This document shows, in pieces, positions 1-10,182 of a stretch of DNA of 64,000 bases. This DNA is from a virus (Duplodnaviria > Caudoviricetes): positions 1 through 64,000 of the IMG/VR virus record IMGVR_UViG_3300042453_002018; one strand, 5' to 3'. Position numbers and translations under genes: made by a program. Below the pieces are notes generated by a model. It was not told the origin of the DNA and did not search any database. It saw only the letters and a program-made list of their open reading frames with translations. Position 1 is the stretch's first letter. Every line of letters starts with the position of its first letter.

Positions 1-13
1 TTGTCAAGTAAGT

Positions 14-70
14 CGTGATGCCTTCGGGGTCACGCAATTTTAACTTGCTTATTCAAGGAGAATAACTATG
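14..70 (+). promoter_or_regulatory. structured hsp20 5' leader (UUCG hairpin plus ROSE-like anti-SD motif)
   Basis: CGTGAtgcCTTCGGggTCACG hairpin, then CTTGCT directly upstream of the AAGGAG SD and ATG68. Confidence 0.55.
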
Positions 71-553
71 ACATTAACTCGTATTAGTCCTTTACTACAT
101 CAAACTCTTGGGTTTGACCGCTTCTTTGATGATATTGAAAAAGTATTGAATATGACACCATCACAACAAAATGGTTCATCATATCCATATCATAATATTA
201 TCAAAGTGGATGAAAATCGATACATTGTTGAACTTGCAGTTGCAGGATTTAGCAAAGACGATATTGAAATCACAAGAGAAAAAAATACTCTTGTAATTAA
301 AGGCAGCAAAACTGCTGAAGATATGGGTAATGCACAATATCTGTTCCAAGGTATTGCTGCACGTAACTTCACAAAAACAATTACCATTGCTGATACTATT
401 GAAGTACATAGTTCAGAACTCAAAGATGGTATTTTGCGTGTGGGTCTTATCAATATTATCCCAGAGCATCAAAAGCCAAAACGCATTGAGATTGGTAATG
501 AATTGAAATTCTTTGAGCCTACTCTTCTACAAGAAGAAAAGAAAGCTGCGTAA
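68..553 (+). CDS. hsp20: small heat shock protein (Hsp20/IbpA family)
   Basis: GFDRFF, YP(Y/P)HNI, ELAVAGF, GIAARNF, LKDGIL motifs. Confidence 0.95.
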   Translation: MTLTRISPLLHQTLGFDRFFDDIEKVLNMTPSQQNGSSYPYHNIIKVDENRYIVELAVAGFSKDDIEITREKNTLVIKGSKTAEDMGNAQYLFQGIAARNFTKTITIADTIEVHSSELKDGILRVGLINIIPEHQKPKRIEIGNELKFFEPTLLQEEKKAA

Positions 554-555
554 CC

Positions 556-579
556 AATGGGGGCTTGTCCCCCATTTTT
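556..579 (+). terminator. intrinsic terminator
   Basis: ATGGGGG-cttgt-CCCCCAT stem followed by T run. Confidence 0.75.
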
Positions 580-592
580 GACCGTTTAGATT

Positions 593-757
593 ATGAAAAG
601 AACCTCAAACTTTAAAATGCCTAAGTCTTTGAAGATCGCATTGATCAACATGGACAAATCACTACGCAAAGAATATAAAGATCGTTCTATTGCTGCCATT
701 CTTGAACCTACCATAGAATTCAAGAAAAAGAAAAGAGAAGAAAAATCTGATGAGTGA
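593..757 (+). CDS. small basic hypothetical protein (54 aa)
   Basis: Translated by eye (MKRTSNFKMPK...); overlaps start of next gene. Confidence 0.55.
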   Translation: MKRTSNFKMPKSLKIALINMDKSLRKEYKDRSIAAILEPTIEFKKKKREEKSDE

Positions 758-1595
758 CATTTTGATGTTAAGTCACTTTCATAGTGATTTTCCTTTTAAT
801 CCTCTTTCATCTTGGATAAAAGTGTCACATGCGGGTGATGTTGAATTTCAACAACCTCTGTTAAGTCAAATTTCAATCAACACTTCTTTAGAAGATGATC
901 GAATTCAGACATATCAAAAGTATTATCCTGATATTTCCGAAAAAGATTTTTTGAAAGCAATGGGACAACAGTCAACAGAATATTGGTTGTGGAAACATTG
1001 TGAAGCTGATTATATCGGTTGCACGACTTATCGCAGATATCTCATGATCTTCAACAATGAGTCGGAAGATGTTGCTAAAATTGTCTATCCAACTGATTAC
1101 GAGTTGGTTAACTTTCTTTCATCCGATCTACACAAAGAAAAAGCACTTGAGTATTTGAAAGATTATGATATAATCACTAATGTACGATCCGCTATTCCAT
1201 GGTCTGTTGAGAGGCAATATCTTGCATCTGAACCTAGAGAATATTGGGATTTATTCATGCAAGGTATTGTTGAGTTGATACCAGAATATAGAAAACATAT
1301 GCATTGGTTTCAAGGCAGCGTAGTAAACTTTGAAACAACGTATGTCATGCGTAAAGAGTTTTTTAAAAAATACGTTAGCGAATATTTTGCAATAATGGAA
1401 TATGTCTGGCAGAATACAGACAACACATACCCATCACATGAGTATCTGGTGCAAAACAACAAAGAAGTTGGCTGGTGGAATCCACAAGGTAATCCCTGGC
1501 GTTATCCTGGTTTTTTAGGCGAAAGATTCTTTCCGTTTTTTATTTACGCTAACAATATGAATGCGAAATATGTTCCCTTAGTTTTACTCACTTGA
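750..1595 (+). CDS. DUF4422-like putative glycosyltransferase
   Basis: DYIGCTTYRRY and RYPGFLGERF motifs. Confidence 0.65.
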   Translation: MSDILMLSHFHSDFPFNPLSSWIKVSHAGDVEFQQPLLSQISINTSLEDDRIQTYQKYYPDISEKDFLKAMGQQSTEYWLWKHCEADYIGCTTYRRYLMIFNNESEDVAKIVYPTDYELVNFLSSDLHKEKALEYLKDYDIITNVRSAIPWSVERQYLASEPREYWDLFMQGIVELIPEYRKHMHWFQGSVVNFETTYVMRKEFFKKYVSEYFAIMEYVWQNTDNTYPSHEYLVQNNKEVGWWNPQGNPWRYPGFLGERFFPFFIYANNMNAKYVPLVLLT

Positions 1596-1658
1596 TTTGA
1601 AAAAACTTCGGATGCATTTTTTCGTCGTGTCCTTATATGCGAGTGAGTGCTTACTTCT

Positions 1659-2156
1659 ATGCAGCAAAAATACATTAAAGCCCATATGAAAACAGCAAGT
1701 GTTTATGCTGAACTGTCTTCGGCAGTCAGACTACATGTAGGTTGTGTAATCGTCAAAGACAACACAATTATTGGTATTGGTTACAATGGTATGCCATCTG
1801 GTTGGGACAACAGTTGTGAAGAACTTGAATATGTATTAAAATCGGAGTGTCCAGAGAATGACGAATGGATGATACGAAACGGTTTTAATGAAACTGCACA
1901 TGGTTGGTCAAAATTGAAATCCAAACCAGAGGTGCTTCATGCTGAAACAAATGCAATTGCAAAAGTTTCTCGGTCAACAAATTCTAGCGATGGTGCAAGT
2001 CTCTTTGTTACCCACGCACCATGCTTAGAATGTGCTAAAATAATACATCAAGCAGGAATCAAGGAGGTCTATTACAAGAACGATTACAGAAGTGATGCAG
2101 GAATTAATTTTCTAAAAAAATGTGAAATTCAAGTTATTAAGTGTGACGAGGAGTAA
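1659..2156 (+). CDS. cd: dCMP deaminase
   Basis: GYNG, HAETNAI, PCLEC zinc-deaminase motifs; start at ATG1659 or GTG1647. Confidence 0.93.
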   Translation: MQQKYIKAHMKTASVYAELSSAVRLHVGCVIVKDNTIIGIGYNGMPSGWDNSCEELEYVLKSECPENDEWMIRNGFNETAHGWSKLKSKPEVLHAETNAIAKVSRSTNSSDGASLFVTHAPCLECAKIIHQAGIKEVYYKNDYRSDAGINFLKKCEIQVIKCDEE

Positions 2157-2158
2157 TT

Positions 2159-2389
2159 ATGAACAATATCACAAAAGTAGGAAAGCAATTGGCTGAAGCA
2201 AATGCCAAACTTCCTAAAGCATACAAGTATGATCTTGTAATGCGTGAGTTCGACAACAAAGTTGAACTAATTGGTCTTGTTGATGACCCAACATACAGCA
2301 TCGACGACTTTCGCGGTCGTGAGATGTTATTTCCCAAAAAATGGGTAACACTAGAAGTTTTTGAACCAACTAAAGAGGTAATTATATGA
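2159..2389 (+). CDS. hypothetical protein
   Basis: ORF with GAGGAG SD, tightly packed. Confidence 0.7.
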   Translation: MNNITKVGKQLAEANAKLPKAYKYDLVMREFDNKVELIGLVDDPTYSIDDFRGREMLFPKKWVTLEVFEPTKEVII

Positions 2390-2694
2390 ACGAAGTAAAA
2401 TGTTTCACTTTTAAAACACACCAAACTATCATGGGTGAGGTAACTGATGATGGTGATGTCGGCTTCACACTCAAAAATCCAATGCAAGTAGTTGCTGTAC
2501 CACCACGTTCCGCAAACGATCCAGGTGGTGTTGGTTTTGCACCGTATCTTGCATTTGTTGAAGAGTTTGACAAAGGAATTAATTTCAAGTATGATGATAT
2601 TTTGACAGTCAACACACCTGTTTCTGATTTACTAGAACAATATCGCAGAATGTTTAGTTCCATTGAAATCGCACCAGCTGGCTTAAAAATTTAA
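2386..2694 (+). CDS. hypothetical protein upstream of DNA polymerase
   Basis: ATGA overlap, GAGG SD. Confidence 0.75.
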   Translation: MNEVKCFTFKTHQTIMGEVTDDGDVGFTLKNPMQVVAVPPRSANDPGGVGFAPYLAFVEEFDKGINFKYDDILTVNTPVSDLLEQYRRMFSSIEIAPAGLKI

Positions 2695-5225
2695 TGAGTA
2701 AATATTATACGAATGTTTGTGTTCATGGCAATCACATTCTTTTTCGTGGTGTAAACAATGGTCGGAGAGTAAAGAGCAAAGTCAAATACTCTCCGACTTT
2801 GTTTTTACAGTCAAACAAACCGTCACAATGGCGTTCATTATTCAATGAGCCATTGGAACCTATGACATTTGATACTATTCGGGAGGCACGTGATTTCGTC
2901 AAACGCTATGAAGAAGTTGCAAACTTTAAAATCTACGGTAATTCACGCTATGAATACGCATTCATTGCTGATACTTTTAGAGGCATTGTTGATTGGGACA
3001 TTTCTCATCTCAGTATTGCTTTCATAGACATTGAAGTTGGCTCAGAGAACGGATTTCCTGATCCATACAGAGCAACTGAACCTATTACTGCAATTGCCAT
3101 TCATCAATTGAATGGCGGCACTACAGTTTATGGGTATGGTTCTTACGAAAATAATGATGAGAGCGTGACTTATGTTCTTTGTGAAGATGAAATCGATTTG
3201 TGTGAACGGTTTCTTGCTGATTGGGCAAGCAATCATCCTGACGTTCTTACTGGTTGGAATATCAAGTTTTTTGATGTTCCTTATATTGTCAATCGTTTCA
3301 CACGCATTCTAGGCGAAGACGATACAAAGAAACTTTCGCCTTGGGAAGTTTTATCACAGAGAAAAACTACATTTAAGGGCAAAGAACAAACGATCTATGA
3401 TTTAGTCGGTGTTTCTGTACTGGACTATTTTGAGTTGTATCAATGGTACGCACCTGGTGGTAGAAACATTGAGAACTATCGCCTCGATACAGTTGCAAGC
3501 GTTGAACTTGACGAGAGAAAATTATCGTATGATGAATATGACAGTCTACATCAATTGTACAAGTTAGATTATCAAAAGTTTATCGACTATAACATCAAAG
3601 ATGTGAGATTGGTTCTTAAACTTGAAGATAAGTTGAAGTTGATCGAACTTGCATTAACTCTGGCTTATGATACAAAAACTAATTATGACGATGTTTTTGC
3701 ACAAACCAGAATGTGGGATGCTCTGATTTACAATTATTTGCTTGATAAAAAAATTGTTGTGCCGCCACGTCGAGTATCGAAGAAAAATGAAGCGTTTGAG
3801 GGTGCATACGTTAAAGATCCACAGATCGGATTACACCATTGGGTTGCATCATTTGACTTGAATAGTCTGTACCCACACTTAATCATGCAATACAACATTT
3901 CGCCAGAAACACTTGTAGAGACTTCAGAATACACCAATGACATGCGTGATCTTGCAATTAACGCATCCGTTGAAAATCTGCTTAATCGTAAACTAGATAC
4001 AAGCGTTTTAAAAAATGTGACTATCACACCAAACGGACAATTCTTTCGTACTGATAAACAAGGTTTTCTTCCTGCGATGATGATTGAAATGTATGATGAT
4101 CGTAAAAAGTTCAAGAAAGAGATGCTGAAAGCACAACAAGAATATGAAAATGAAAAAGATCCAGCAAAACGAAAAGAAATCGAAAAATTAATTGCACGAT
4201 ATAATAATCTACAACTTGCAAAGAAAGTCTCATTGAACTCAGCTTATGGCGCAATGGGTTCTCAGTATTTCAGATTTTATGATTTGCGCCAAGCACTTGC
4301 TGTTACACAAGCAGGTCAATTGTCTATTCGTTGGATTGAAAACAAACTTAACGAATATCTGAATAAAGTATTGAAAACTGAGAGAGATTATGTTATTGCT
4401 TCAGATACAGATTCGATTTATCTCAATCTTGGTCCATTGGTTGATTCTGTGTATCAACAGAAGCCAGATGCTACGAAAATTATCTCCTTCATGGACAAAA
4501 TCTGTGAAGAGAAAATTCAACCTTATATTGACGAAAGTTATCAGAAGCTTGCTGAATATGTTCACGCATTCGATCAAAAAATGCAAATGAAGCGTGAAGG
4601 TCTTTCTGATAAAGGTATTTGGACTGCGAAGAAAAGATACATTTTGAATGTATACAACAATGAAGGTGTGCAATATGCCAAACCAAAGCTCAAAGTCATG
4701 GGTCTAGAAATGGTCAAGTCATCAACACCTGTTGTTGTTCGTGATAAAATGTATAAACTTGTTGATCTGATTGTGAATACCGATGAAGAGACTGTACAGA
4801 AGTTTGTGGCTGATTTCCGAGAAGAATTTCGTAGATTGCCTGTTGAAGATATTTCTTTTCCACGAGGCTGTAATGGCTTGAAAGAATATGCGGATTCTGT
4901 TACAATATACAAGAAGGGTACACCGATTCATGTAAAAGGTGCAATTCTATATAATCACTTTCTCAAGCAACACAATTTGACAAACAAGTATCCTTCAATA
5001 AAAGAAGGTGAGAAACTGAAGTTTACTTATCTCAAGACACCAAATCCGTTCAGAGATATGGTAGTTTCATTTCCAACTAGATTGCCGAAAGAATTTGAAT
5101 TACAGAAATACATTGACTATGAAACACAATTTGAAAAAACTTTTCTTGAACCAATTAAATTAATTCTTGATTGTATCGATTGGAAAACAGAAAAGCAATC
5201 CACATTAGAGAGTTTCTTTTCATGA
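2694..5225 (+). CDS. 43: family B DNA polymerase (T4 gp43-like)
   Basis: DIEV exonuclease, SFDLNSLYP, KVSLNSAYG, SDTDS, KKRY motifs; no intein evident. Confidence 0.98.
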   Translation: MSKYYTNVCVHGNHILFRGVNNGRRVKSKVKYSPTLFLQSNKPSQWRSLFNEPLEPMTFDTIREARDFVKRYEEVANFKIYGNSRYEYAFIADTFRGIVDWDISHLSIAFIDIEVGSENGFPDPYRATEPITAIAIHQLNGGTTVYGYGSYENNDESVTYVLCEDEIDLCERFLADWASNHPDVLTGWNIKFFDVPYIVNRFTRILGEDDTKKLSPWEVLSQRKTTFKGKEQTIYDLVGVSVLDYFELYQWYAPGGRNIENYRLDTVASVELDERKLSYDEYDSLHQLYKLDYQKFIDYNIKDVRLVLKLEDKLKLIELALTLAYDTKTNYDDVFAQTRMWDALIYNYLLDKKIVVPPRRVSKKNEAFEGAYVKDPQIGLHHWVASFDLNSLYPHLIMQYNISPETLVETSEYTNDMRDLAINASVENLLNRKLDTSVLKNVTITPNGQFFRTDKQGFLPAMMIEMYDDRKKFKKEMLKAQQEYENEKDPAKRKEIEKLIARYNNLQLAKKVSLNSAYGAMGSQYFRFYDLRQALAVTQAGQLSIRWIENKLNEYLNKVLKTERDYVIASDTDSIYLNLGPLVDSVYQQKPDATKIISFMDKICEEKIQPYIDESYQKLAEYVHAFDQKMQMKREGLSDKGIWTAKKRYILNVYNNEGVQYAKPKLKVMGLEMVKSSTPVVVRDKMYKLVDLIVNTDEETVQKFVADFREEFRRLPVEDISFPRGCNGLKEYADSVTIYKKGTPIHVKGAILYNHFLKQHNLTNKYPSIKEGEKLKFTYLKTPNPFRDMVVSFPTRLPKEFELQKYIDYETQFEKTFLEPIKLILDCIDWKTEKQSTLESFFS

Positions 5226-5767
5226 AAAATATACGAGTCATTAAAACTGGAATTAATGTTTCTAAGATAGTTAAACAGTTAAATGAAAATCCTGGAGACT
5301 GGAACTATCAACAGAAACTTCCTGAAAGTAAAGTTTTAGATCCGCATGTTTACATTAGTGAAGCTGCGGTTCTTCAGCTTGTTATCGGCACAATAGAAAA
5401 TCCTGATGAATATGTTTTTGACGCGGAAGGATGCATGCCAGCACCAGCCTATTACAGACACACGGCTGCTGTTGCCTTCTTAAAAAGACACTTCAAAGAT
5501 TTTAAACGCGCAGGATTTCTTGCGTTGCCTCCAGGTGGTGTGACTGGAAAACATATTGACTTTGGAAACTATTATTTGACCAAAGATAGATATCATCTAT
5601 CAATTCAAGGTACATATGAATACAATGTAGAAGATGAATCAATTATTGTTGAGCCGGGCACATTGTTTTGGTTTGATAATAAGAAAGAACATTCAGCGAA
5701 AAATATAGGAAACGTGGATAGAATCACATTAGTATTTGATGTGCCACATTCTAAAGACAATCCATGA
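5222..5767 (+). CDS. Asp/Asn beta-hydroxylase-like 2OG-Fe(II) oxygenase
   Basis: HID...RYHLSI...WFDNKKEH...RITLVFD; start MKNIRVIK. Confidence 0.8.
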   Translation: MKNIRVIKTGINVSKIVKQLNENPGDWNYQQKLPESKVLDPHVYISEAAVLQLVIGTIENPDEYVFDAEGCMPAPAYYRHTAAVAFLKRHFKDFKRAGFLALPPGGVTGKHIDFGNYYLTKDRYHLSIQGTYEYNVEDESIIVEPGTLFWFDNKKEHSAKNIGNVDRITLVFDVPHSKDNP

Positions 5768-6681
5768 TACATGTAATACTGCCATTTATAACTGCACTTG
5801 CGCTGTCTGGTATTGCAGCGTATTACTCAGTTATTGGTCTTGCACAAATCTTTCCCGGTTCATACTGGCCAATTATTATCATGGGCACAGTATTAGAAGC
5901 AGCAAAACTGGTAACTGTATCATGGGTGTATAATCATTGGAAAACAACATTCTCTGCACTCAAACTTTATTTTCTGATTGCAGTCGTGTTGTTGATGGGT
6001 ATTACATCGATGGGCATATTTGGTTATCTGTCAAAAGCACACATTGAACATTCAAGCACAATAGCACCACAAGCGGCAAAGGTAGAAATCTATGATGAAA
6101 AGATCAAAGTTATTCAATCGCAAATTGAGAGGAACAACAAAAACCTTAGTCAGTATGATGAGGCTGTCGATCAAATTATGGGCCGCTCGAAAGATGAGAA
6201 AGGTGCCGAGAGGGCGAACCAAGTTCGTAAAGCCCAACAGAAAGACCGTGAGAGAATCATTGCTGAGACTAAGAGGCTTCAAAAAGAGATACAGACACTC
6301 ACAGAGGAAAAGCTCCCTTTATCCTTGGAAGTTAAAAAGGCTGAATCGGATTTGGGACCTATAAAATATGTGGCTGAAGTTGTTTATGGTACACATGATC
6401 GTGACTTGATAGACAAAGCAGTTAGACTGGTAATCTTTATCATTATCATTGTATTTGACCCACTGGCTGTGTTATTATTGATAGCAGCAAATCAGACATA
6501 TAAACGACACAAAGAGAATGATACCGAAAAACAAGTCATCAAAAAGAAAAAGAATGATATTGTAAAAAGTAAATGGACAGCACCGAGTAGAAGTTTGGAA
6601 TCGTTCTTTGTAGACGATAAGCATGAAGTAATACCTAAAGACAAAATTGCAGATATTGGAGAAATGAATGAGCGTACTTGA
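5764..6681 (+). CDS. membrane protein with coiled-coil domain
   Basis: Three N-terminal TM segments, coiled coil, C-terminal TM with VFDPLAV. Confidence 0.8.
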   Translation: MIHVILPFITALALSGIAAYYSVIGLAQIFPGSYWPIIIMGTVLEAAKLVTVSWVYNHWKTTFSALKLYFLIAVVLLMGITSMGIFGYLSKAHIEHSSTIAPQAAKVEIYDEKIKVIQSQIERNNKNLSQYDEAVDQIMGRSKDEKGAERANQVRKAQQKDRERIIAETKRLQKEIQTLTEEKLPLSLEVKKAESDLGPIKYVAEVVYGTHDRDLIDKAVRLVIFIIIIVFDPLAVLLLIAANQTYKRHKENDTEKQVIKKKKNDIVKSKWTAPSRSLESFFVDDKHEVIPKDKIADIGEMNERT

Positions 6682-7732
6682 TAAATTAAAAAAAGCTTCA
6701 ACGATTAAAGACAGTTCAATACTTTCTAAGTCAAAGTTTTTTACCGAAAAAGATATGATACAAACGGATGTACCAATGATAAATGTGGCACTTTCTGGTT
6801 CACTTGATGGTGGTATCACACCAGGTCTGACGATGTTCGCTGGTCCATCAAAGCACTTTAAGACTGCGTTTGCCTTATTGATGGCATCTGCATACATGAA
6901 AAAATATCCTGATGCTGCTGTTCTATTCTACGATTCTGAATTTGGCACACCACAAAAATATTTTGAAACATTTAACATCAATATGGACAATGTACTACAT
7001 ACACCTATTACTGATGTTGAACAGTTGAAACATGATATCATGAGTCAGTTACAAAATGTTGAGAAAGGTGATCGTGTTATCATCGTACTTGATTCAATTG
7101 GTAATCTAGCATCAAAGAAAGAAGTTGAAGATGCGATTGAAGGTAAGTCTGTTGCTGATATGTCACGCGCAAAACAGATCAAGAGTTTGTTCCGAATGAT
7201 TACACCACACCTGACACTCAAAGATATACCGATGGTTGTTGTGAATCACACATATAAAGAAATTGGTATGTTCCCTAAAGACATCGTTGGCGGCGGTACA
7301 GGTTCTTATTACTCAGCAGACACAATCTGGATTCTCGGTCGTCAACAAGAAAAAACCGGCACAGAGTTGACTGGTTATAACTTTATCATCAATGTAGAAA
7401 AATCAAGATATGTCCGTGAAAAATCTAAAATACCTGTTACTGTATCTTTTGATGGTGGCATCAATAAGTGGTCTGGTCTATTGGATATTGCACTCGAAAG
7501 CAATTTCGTAACAAAACCAAGCAACGGTTGGTATGCTAAAGTTGATCAAGAAACTGGTGAAGTGTTAGATAAAAAACGATTTGATGATACTCAAACTGAA
7601 GAATTCTGGAAAGACATTCTTGCGGATGAAAGATTCAGAGAGTTCGTAAGGAAAAAATATGAAATCACTTATAGCTCCATTATGGGAGAAGATGTCGTTT
7701 TGGAACAAGAAGATGAAGAAGCCTCAGCATGA
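6668..7732 (+). CDS. uvsX: RecA-like recombinase UvsX
   Basis: AGPSKHFKT Walker A, YDSEFG, DSIGNLAS. Confidence 0.97.
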   Translation: MSVLDKLKKASTIKDSSILSKSKFFTEKDMIQTDVPMINVALSGSLDGGITPGLTMFAGPSKHFKTAFALLMASAYMKKYPDAAVLFYDSEFGTPQKYFETFNINMDNVLHTPITDVEQLKHDIMSQLQNVEKGDRVIIVLDSIGNLASKKEVEDAIEGKSVADMSRAKQIKSLFRMITPHLTLKDIPMVVVNHTYKEIGMFPKDIVGGGTGSYYSADTIWILGRQQEKTGTELTGYNFIINVEKSRYVREKSKIPVTVSFDGGINKWSGLLDIALESNFVTKPSNGWYAKVDQETGEVLDKKRFDDTQTEEFWKDILADERFREFVRKKYEITYSSIMGEDVVLEQEDEEASA

Positions 7733-8033
7733 GATTGATTATGTCCTTATAGATTCTGATGATAAGACAAAAACTGGCATCGGAATCAAAACAGGTAAAT
7801 TTGCTGGAGTATTATACCACTACGGAAAAGCAAGAATTACTGAAGAAGAAACTCACGCTAAGATGAGTTTCAGCTACACAATCATTTCTTCACCCGTAAT
7901 ACCTATCAACGAACTCATACAGAGCGAAGAATTTCATACGTTGATAGGAGATATTTTAACAGAAATTTTAATGAGTCAGGCAAGGGCAAATGAAGAGATT
8001 AGAATCAATAATACTGAAGAATTTGATATTTAA
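7713..8033 (+). CDS. gp40-like head vertex assembly chaperone (positional call)
   Basis: Lies between uvsX and gp41 as in T4; similar size. Confidence 0.5.
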   Translation: MKKPQHEIDYVLIDSDDKTKTGIGIKTGKFAGVLYHYGKARITEEETHAKMSFSYTIISSPVIPINELIQSEEFHTLIGDILTEILMSQARANEEIRINNTEEFDI

Positions 8034-9402
8034 TGAAGACTATGCCAGAAAAATACTTCCATTCATAAAAACAGAATATTTCACAGACAGTACAGAAAAA
8101 AACCTGTTTGAAGAAATCGATACGCATATTCATCAATTCAAACATCTTCCTACCTACGAATCACTTGTAATTAATTTTACAGAATCTAAGAATCTGACAG
8201 ATGATCAGGTTCGAAGTGCTGTTCAAATGATTCGTGAAATCAACGCCGACAAAGAAGAACCCACAGATACAGAGTGGCTCATCAAACAAACTGAAAAGTT
8301 TTGTCAAGATAGAGCAATCTACAATGCTATCATGAAATCTGTCAAAATTCTTGATGACAAGAATCATAAAGAAGACAAGGGCATGATACCAAAACTATTG
8401 AGTGATGCACTTGGTGTGTCGTTCGATAGGTCTGTTGGTCATGATTATATTGATGATTCTGATACTCGGTTTGATTTTTATCACAGACACGAAACAAAAA
8501 TACCTTTCGATCTAGACTTGTTCAACAAGATTACAAAAGGTGGTTTGCCAAAGAAGACTTTGAATATCGCACTTGCTGGTACGGGTGTTGGTAAATCTTT
8601 GTTTATGTGTCATGTTGCAGGTTCTTGTTTATCTCAAGGTCTGAATGTTTTGTATATCACAATGGAAATGGCAGAAGAGAGAATTGCTGAACGTATTGAT
8701 GCAAATTTACTGAACATTGACATTGCCGATCTAAATGCAATTTCAAAGCAAGATTATGACCGAAAGTTTTCCGCACTCAAAGTCAACACACAGGGTAAGC
8801 TTATCATCAAAGAATATCCTACCGCAGCAGCATCAGCATTGCATTTTCGCGCATTGTTAAATGAATTGCAACTTAAAAAGAGTTTTCAACCCGACATCAT
8901 TTTCATTGACTATCTTAATATTTGTGCAAGTGCTAGAATCAAGCCTGGTGCTAACGTAAATAGTTATTCTTATATTAAGGCTATTGCAGAAGAACTGAGG
9001 GGTCTGGCCGTTGAGTTTGATGTACCGATAGTATCTGCCACTCAGACTACCCGAAGCGGCTTCACCTCCAGCGATCCTGGGCTTGAGGATACGTCAGAAT
9101 CATTTGGTCTTCCAGCTACAGCAGACTTTATGTTTGCTCTGATAAGTACCGAAGAGTTGCAACAATTGAATCAGATAATGATTAAGCAACTAAAGAACAG
9201 ATACAATGATCCTAGCTATTTCAAACGATTTGTGGTAGGTATTGACAGAGCCAAGATGAAACTGTATGATGTAGAACAGTCAGCACAAGATGATCTGGTA
9301 GACTCAGGACAAAGTTATCAGGATGATAAGCCACTCAATACATTCGGTGATCGTGAGCGTCAATCTGGAACGAAAAACAAGTTCGGAGGCTTTAAAGTAT
9401 AA
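7990..9402 (+). CDS. 41: replicative DnaB-like helicase (T4 gp41)
   Basis: AGTGVGKS, TMEMAEE, IDYLNIC, SATQTTR, SESFGLPATAD. Confidence 0.97.
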   Translation: MKRLESIILKNLIFNEDYARKILPFIKTEYFTDSTEKNLFEEIDTHIHQFKHLPTYESLVINFTESKNLTDDQVRSAVQMIREINADKEEPTDTEWLIKQTEKFCQDRAIYNAIMKSVKILDDKNHKEDKGMIPKLLSDALGVSFDRSVGHDYIDDSDTRFDFYHRHETKIPFDLDLFNKITKGGLPKKTLNIALAGTGVGKSLFMCHVAGSCLSQGLNVLYITMEMAEERIAERIDANLLNIDIADLNAISKQDYDRKFSALKVNTQGKLIIKEYPTAAASALHFRALLNELQLKKSFQPDIIFIDYLNICASARIKPGANVNSYSYIKAIAEELRGLAVEFDVPIVSATQTTRSGFTSSDPGLEDTSESFGLPATADFMFALISTEELQQLNQIMIKQLKNRYNDPSYFKRFVVGIDRAKMKLYDVEQSAQDDLVDSGQSYQDDKPLNTFGDRERQSGTKNKFGGFKV

Positions 9403-9405
9403 ATA
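9398..9405 (+). promoter_or_regulatory. T4-type late promoter TATAAATA
   Basis: Exact T4 late consensus upstream of ATG9427. Confidence 0.75.
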
Positions 9406-9426
9406 CTCTAATAAACTGGAGGATTT

Positions 9427-10182
9427 ATGGCGGCACAACAAGGCTTTTTATATGAAAAAAATGCAGCAATGGAACTGAAAAAATTTGGTCTTGTTCCTAA
9501 GTCTTTTGTTCCAGCAGGAGCAGGACATGATCAACCAGATTTGATGTTAGAATACAAAAAGAAAAAGGCAGGTTGTGAATTAAAAATTACAGCAGCATCA
9601 GCAGGTTCTCTTGTCATGAAATATGATAGAGAAGATAAAAAAAATCCTTGGAAATTTGGCGACATCAAAAAAGATGACGATGAAAAATTGTTCATTAAAG
9701 ATTTAGCATATGAAGTAGGATTATTTGACATTATCAGTAAACAATGGAAACAAGTCCCATATAAAAGGGAAAAAGACGATAAGTGGGAAGCAACTGCAGG
9801 TAAATTAACACCACAACAACGATATGAACGTGACCGTGATACATTCAAAGATATTCGTGGAGAAATACCTGCATCAAAAATTGAACAGTATTATAACAAA
9901 AAAGACACCTATTATGTAAATGTTGGAACACATGGTTTTTATTTGATGGGTTCAAAAAATCCATTGAAACTTGCAGATGTGCCGATGTTTGGTAAATCCG
10001 CAAAAGCAAGTTACAGAGCAAGAGTTCAATATAAAGGAAGTGGTAATTATCAATTTACGTTTGAAATGCAATTTTCAATTCCCGCAAATAGAAAATCTCC
10101 ATACAATATTGCTCCCGTAAATGGCAAAAATGTTACAATAATAAAAAAAGACCTCAATCTAAGTTGTTTTCCCGAACTATGA
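9427..10182 (+). CDS. putative PD-(D/E)XK nuclease-fold protein
   Basis: GFLYE...PDLML...ELK spacing. Confidence 0.5.
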   Translation: MAAQQGFLYEKNAAMELKKFGLVPKSFVPAGAGHDQPDLMLEYKKKKAGCELKITAASAGSLVMKYDREDKKNPWKFGDIKKDDDEKLFIKDLAYEVGLFDIISKQWKQVPYKREKDDKWEATAGKLTPQQRYERDRDTFKDIRGEIPASKIEQYYNKKDTYYVNVGTHGFYLMGSKNPLKLADVPMFGKSAKASYRARVQYKGSGNYQFTFEMQFSIPANRKSPYNIAPVNGKNVTIIKKDLNLSCFPEL

